Below, piece by piece: positions 60,503 through 64,000 of a DNA stretch of 64,000 nt. The translations under genes were made by a program, and so were the position numbers. Numbering within the stretch: position 1 is the first letter of the stretch; each line of letters opens with the position of its first letter. This DNA comes from an uncultured delta proteobacterium. GTDB lineage: Bacteria > Desulfobacterota > Binatia > UBA9968. The DNA lies in assembly GCA_963816145.1 (NCBI GenBank), contig CAWFJP010000017.1, positions 64,001 to 128,000 on the forward strand, given 5' to 3'. The notes beneath the pieces were generated by a model, which made no database searches, was not told the origin of the DNA, and worked only from the letters and a program-made list of their open reading frames with translations.

Positions 60503-61876
60503 ATGTACCAGGAAGACACCATAGCCGCGATCGCCACGCCGCCAGGTGAGGGTGGTCTTGCCGTTGTCCGAGTCAGCGGCCCCGATGCGGAAAAAATCGC
60601 CCTAAGAATTTTTACCCGGCCGCAAAGCCGCAATGGGACACTCCGTTCGCACACCCTCTACCACGGGCGGATCACCGATCCCAAAGACGCGCAGCCGATC
60701 GATGAAGTGCTGCTGGCGATCATGCGCAAGCCGCGCAGCTACACTGGCGAGGATATTGTCGAAGTACACTGTCATGGCGGCAATTTCCTGGTCAGACAAA
60801 TCCTTGCGCTAATCCTTACTCAAGGTGCCCGGCAAGCGGAGCCGGGCGAATTCACCAAGCGGGCTTTTCTCAATGGCCGTGTCGACCTCGCCCAGGCGGA
60901 AGCGGTGCTCGACCTCATTCGCGCCAGGACTGCGAAGGGCGCGCAGCTCGCTCTAAATCAGGCCGGGGGCGAGTTATCTAAGTATGTTGGCGAGCTCCGC
61001 GAGGAGCTGCTCGATATCCTAGTGCAGGTCGAGGCGGCGATCGATTTCCCGGAGGAAGAAATCGAGCTGTTGCAACGCCACCATCTGATTCAAACAGTCA
61101 GCGTCTTGGTTAAGAAAATAAGCGATATTTCAAATAGTTATGAATGGGGCAGATTGTTTCGCGAAGGTGCTAAAGTATGCATTTGCGGCCGTCCCAATGT
61201 CGGCAAGTCGAGTTTGTTGAACGCATTGCTTGGCAGCGACAGAGTTATCGTCACGCCAATTCCCGGCACCACCAGGGATGTGATCGAAGAGTCGCTGACG
61301 TTGAACGGTCTGCCAATTGTAATCTGGGATACCGCTGGGATAAGAGAATCGCAAGACCAAGTCGAGCAGTTGGGCATAGAGCTTTCGCGTCAACATTTGG
61401 AAAAAGCGGACGCTTTGATCGTCGTGATCGACGGGTCTGTAGAATTGACTCCAGAGGATCGGGCGCTATTGAATATCGCCATATCCAAAAAAACTGTTAT
61501 TGCGGTAAATAAAATTGATTTGCCATTGGTTGTCGACCTACAATCGCTCGCCCTGGACCAAGAGGCTCGAATCTTAACGACCTCGGCGCGGTCCGGAATT
61601 GGGATCGATTCGCTTAAAAAAACCTTGCGTGAACTCATCCTCGGTTGCATGCTCGAGCCATCGATAACGATAACTAACTTACGCCATCGTAGCGAGCTTG
61701 TGCGGAGCGCCAACGGGCTGACACGAGCCGTTGAAACCCTAAGCCAAGGACTGCCGCCTGAGTTGGCGGCGATTGATCTGAACGACGCCCGCGAAGCCCT
61801 TGAAGAAATTATTGGCGTAGTTAGCAACGATCATATTTTAGAACGGATTTTTATGCAATTTTGTATTGGTAAATAA
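60503..61876 (+). CDS. mnmE: tRNA modification GTPase MnmE (TrmE)
   Basis: 'DTIAAIAT..G.GG...VR.SG', 'SYTGED.VE..CHG', 'G.PNVGKSS', 'GTTRD', 'DTAG', terminal 'FCIGK'. Confidence 0.98.
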   Translation: MYQEDTIAAIATPPGEGGLAVVRVSGPDAEKIALRIFTRPQSRNGTLRSHTLYHGRITDPKDAQPIDEVLLAIMRKPRSYTGEDIVEVHCHGGNFLVRQILALILTQGARQAEPGEFTKRAFLNGRVDLAQAEAVLDLIRARTAKGAQLALNQAGGELSKYVGELREELLDILVQVEAAIDFPEEEIELLQRHHLIQTVSVLVKKISDISNSYEWGRLFREGAKVCICGRPNVGKSSLLNALLGSDRVIVTPIPGTTRDVIEESLTLNGLPIVIWDTAGIRESQDQVEQLGIELSRQHLEKADALIVVIDGSVELTPEDRALLNIAISKKTVIAVNKIDLPLVVDLQSLALDQEARILTTSARSGIGIDSLKKTLRELILGCMLEPSITITNLRHRSELVRSANGLTRAVETLSQGLPPELAAIDLNDAREALEEIIGVVSNDHILERIFMQFCIGK

Positions 61877-61923
61877 AGGGCTAATTATTTTTATTACTGA
61901 TAAAATTATGGTTAATTCGATTC

Positions 61924-61939
61924 TGTTTCACGTGAAACC
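61924..61939. promoter_or_regulatory. parS site
   Basis: TGTTTCACGTGAAACC, 15/16 to consensus TGTTTCACGTGAAACA. Confidence 0.85.
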
Positions 61940-63814
61940 ATGAATTATAATTTAACATTCGAGGTAATTGTTGTAGGTGCCGGACATGCGGGAATTGAGG
62001 CTTGCTTGGCAGCAGCTCGGATGGGCTGCAACACCCTAATGATGACCCTCAATCTCGATCACATCGGCCAAATGTCATGTAACCCGGCAATTGGCGGAAT
62101 TGGCAAAGGTCACCTGGTTAAGGAAATCGACGCGCTAGGTGGCGAGATGGCAAGAGCGATTGATGAGACTGGTATCCAGTTCCGCATTCTCAACACCAAG
62201 AAGGGACCGGCGGTGCGCGCATCGAGGGCTCAAGCTGACAAGGCGCTCTATCGAATGCGCATGAAGAGAGTGCTTGAGAACTGCCCGGGACTGACGCTTA
62301 GACAAGCGAGCGTCGAGGCGCTGATTGTCGAGAATGGCGAGATCAAAGGAGTCGAGACCCAAATTGGCGAACGGTTTTATGGCCGGAAGGTGATTCTGAC
62401 AACCGGCACATTTCTCAAAGGGCTAATCCACATTGGCGATCGGAATTATTCGGCAGGGCGCGCTGGCGATTTTGCCGTCCATGGGCTAAGCGAGTCTTTG
62501 ACCAACCTTGGATTCAAGGTTGGCCGGCTAAAGACGGGCACCTGTCCACGTCTTGATAGCAGAACCATCGATTATTCCGAGCTAGCGGTTCAAGACGGCG
62601 ATCAACCGCCCCAACCATTCTCATTTTCGAGCGTTGGCGTAGTTCAACGCCAGGTTCCTTGCCACATCACTTACACCAACCCGCGCACCCATGAGATCAT
62701 CCGCAGCGCAATGCACCGCTCGCCGATGTATTCGGGCGTAATCAAGAGCCGCGGTCCGCGGTATTGCCCCTCTATTGAAGATAAGATCCATCGCTTCGCA
62801 GACAAGGATAGGCACCAAATTTTTCTCGAACCGGAAGGTTTGGACACGGTGGAGGTCTATCCAAACGGTCTTTCTACGAGCTTGCCCTTGGACGTCCAAG
62901 TCGAAATGGTCCATTCAATCAAAGGCCTTGAGCAGGCAGAAATCATGCGTCACGGCTATGCCATAGAGTATGATTACTTTGAACCCACACAACTTTATCC
63001 CAGTTTGGAAACTAAACTAGTTAAGGGGCTCTACCATGCCGGTCAGATCAATGGCACGACTGGCTACGAAGAAGCCGCTGCTCAGGGGATTATGGCTGGG
63101 ATCAACGCCGTACTAAGTCTGCGTGGCGAGGAACCTTTAGTCTTCTCGCGCGACCAAGCTTACATTGGAGTCCTAATCGACGACCTGGTCACGAAGGGCA
63201 CCGACAGCGAGCCTTATCGAATGTTTACTTCGCGCGCAGAGTATCGGCTATTATTGCGTGAGGACAACGCCGACTTACGGCTTAGCGAAGCCGGCCATAA
63301 GATCGGATTGACGAGGGAATCCGAATACCACCGGTTCCTAGAGAAAAAATCAGCCATCAATGATTTAGTTGGTTACCTGGAGGGTAGTCAATTAATTCCA
63401 GATAGCCAAACCAACTCACGACTTGAGGCTATTGGCAAAATGCCGCTAAAAAATTCCACTAAATTGAGTCAATTATTACGTAGACCAGAAATTTCCCTTT
63501 CAGATATACGAGTTATATTTCCTGAGATTGTAAAGTATTCACGCGACGTAGACTCACAGGTGGAAGTGCAAATCAAATATCAGGGTTATGTTAACCGCCA
63601 GAATGATATCGTCGAAAGATTTCAGAAAATGGAATATGTTAGGCTTCCGGATGACATCGACTATACACAGATCAGCGGCATATCCCGGGAAGTCTGTGAG
63701 AAGTTGATTCGAATCAAACCTCGCTCACTTGGCCAAGCTTCAAGAATTTCCGGCATTACGCCGGCCGCGCTTACATTGCTGTCGTTTTATCTAAAAAAGC
63801 AAAGGAGCGCATAA
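61940..63814 (+). CDS. mnmG: tRNA uridine 5-carboxymethylaminomethyl modification enzyme MnmG (GidA)
   Basis: 'VVGAGHAG.EA', 'MSCNPAIGG..KG', 'GPRYCPSIEDK', 'AGQINGTTGYEEAAAQG', 'YRMFTSRAEYR'. Confidence 0.98.
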   Translation: MNYNLTFEVIVVGAGHAGIEACLAAARMGCNTLMMTLNLDHIGQMSCNPAIGGIGKGHLVKEIDALGGEMARAIDETGIQFRILNTKKGPAVRASRAQADKALYRMRMKRVLENCPGLTLRQASVEALIVENGEIKGVETQIGERFYGRKVILTTGTFLKGLIHIGDRNYSAGRAGDFAVHGLSESLTNLGFKVGRLKTGTCPRLDSRTIDYSELAVQDGDQPPQPFSFSSVGVVQRQVPCHITYTNPRTHEIIRSAMHRSPMYSGVIKSRGPRYCPSIEDKIHRFADKDRHQIFLEPEGLDTVEVYPNGLSTSLPLDVQVEMVHSIKGLEQAEIMRHGYAIEYDYFEPTQLYPSLETKLVKGLYHAGQINGTTGYEEAAAQGIMAGINAVLSLRGEEPLVFSRDQAYIGVLIDDLVTKGTDSEPYRMFTSRAEYRLLLREDNADLRLSEAGHKIGLTRESEYHRFLEKKSAINDLVGYLEGSQLIPDSQTNSRLEAIGKMPLKNSTKLSQLLRRPEISLSDIRVIFPEIVKYSRDVDSQVEVQIKYQGYVNRQNDIVERFQKMEYVRLPDDIDYTQISGISREVCEKLIRIKPRSLGQASRISGITPAALTLLSFYLKKQRSA

Positions 63815-63945
63815 ATCCATGCGTCAATTTACCCTACTGAAATCGTACTGGCCGGAATTCTTTCAACTCCAGTCAATTGAGATCGGTTAGAAGCGCCATC
63901 TCAAAATTCGACCGTTTGTTCGCCAAGCCCCATATCAGGTGACTT

Positions 63946-63961
63946 TGTTTCACGTGAAACG
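63946..63961. promoter_or_regulatory. parS site
   Basis: TGTTTCACGTGAAACG, 15/16 to consensus. Confidence 0.85.
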
Positions 63962-64000
63962 GGAAATAATTCTTTTAATTGCAAAATCTTTGTGATATTA

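Noticed and set aside
1-64000. tRNA, rRNA or integrase-based att site
   Set aside because: None recognised by eye; tRNAscan-SE or Infernal would be needed to exclude them formally.

Overview
A 64-kb, moderately GC-rich bacterial chromosomal window. The expanded TctC/ABC solute-binding proteins, LLM, amidohydrolase and F420-type genes suggest a Binatota/deltaproteobacteria-like genome (inference). The window ends in the origin-proximal mnmE-mnmG locus with two parS sites. Most of it is a patchwork of accessory modules separated by short GGGGTC-type palindromic repeats, gene-end scars and pseudogenes. The standout is a ~7-kb defence island (9.8-16.8 kb) bracketed by a 23-bp inverted repeat. It carries higB and a higA-HTH-ImmA metallopeptidase fusion. 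These are followed by a tandem-domain class III nucleotide cyclase with a CD-NTase-like '...PAKPDGFA' tail, an E2-E1(ThiF) fusion, a JAB isopeptidase and a cNMP-binding-TIR effector. This reads as a Pycsar-like cyclic-nucleotide system fitted with the CBASS Cap2/Cap3-type conjugation machinery. Other notable items: a ~710-bp direct repeat of an F420-dependent nitroreductase gene enclosing a vapBC pair, two stand-alone A-T NRPS-like genes near an ATP-grasp ligase and methyltransferases, an inactivated Fic gene with a six-site operator-like array, a truncated IS1380, htpG and a NYN-LOTUS nuclease. I found no tRNA, rRNA or CRISPR array. All calls come from reading motifs by eye; no database searches were run.
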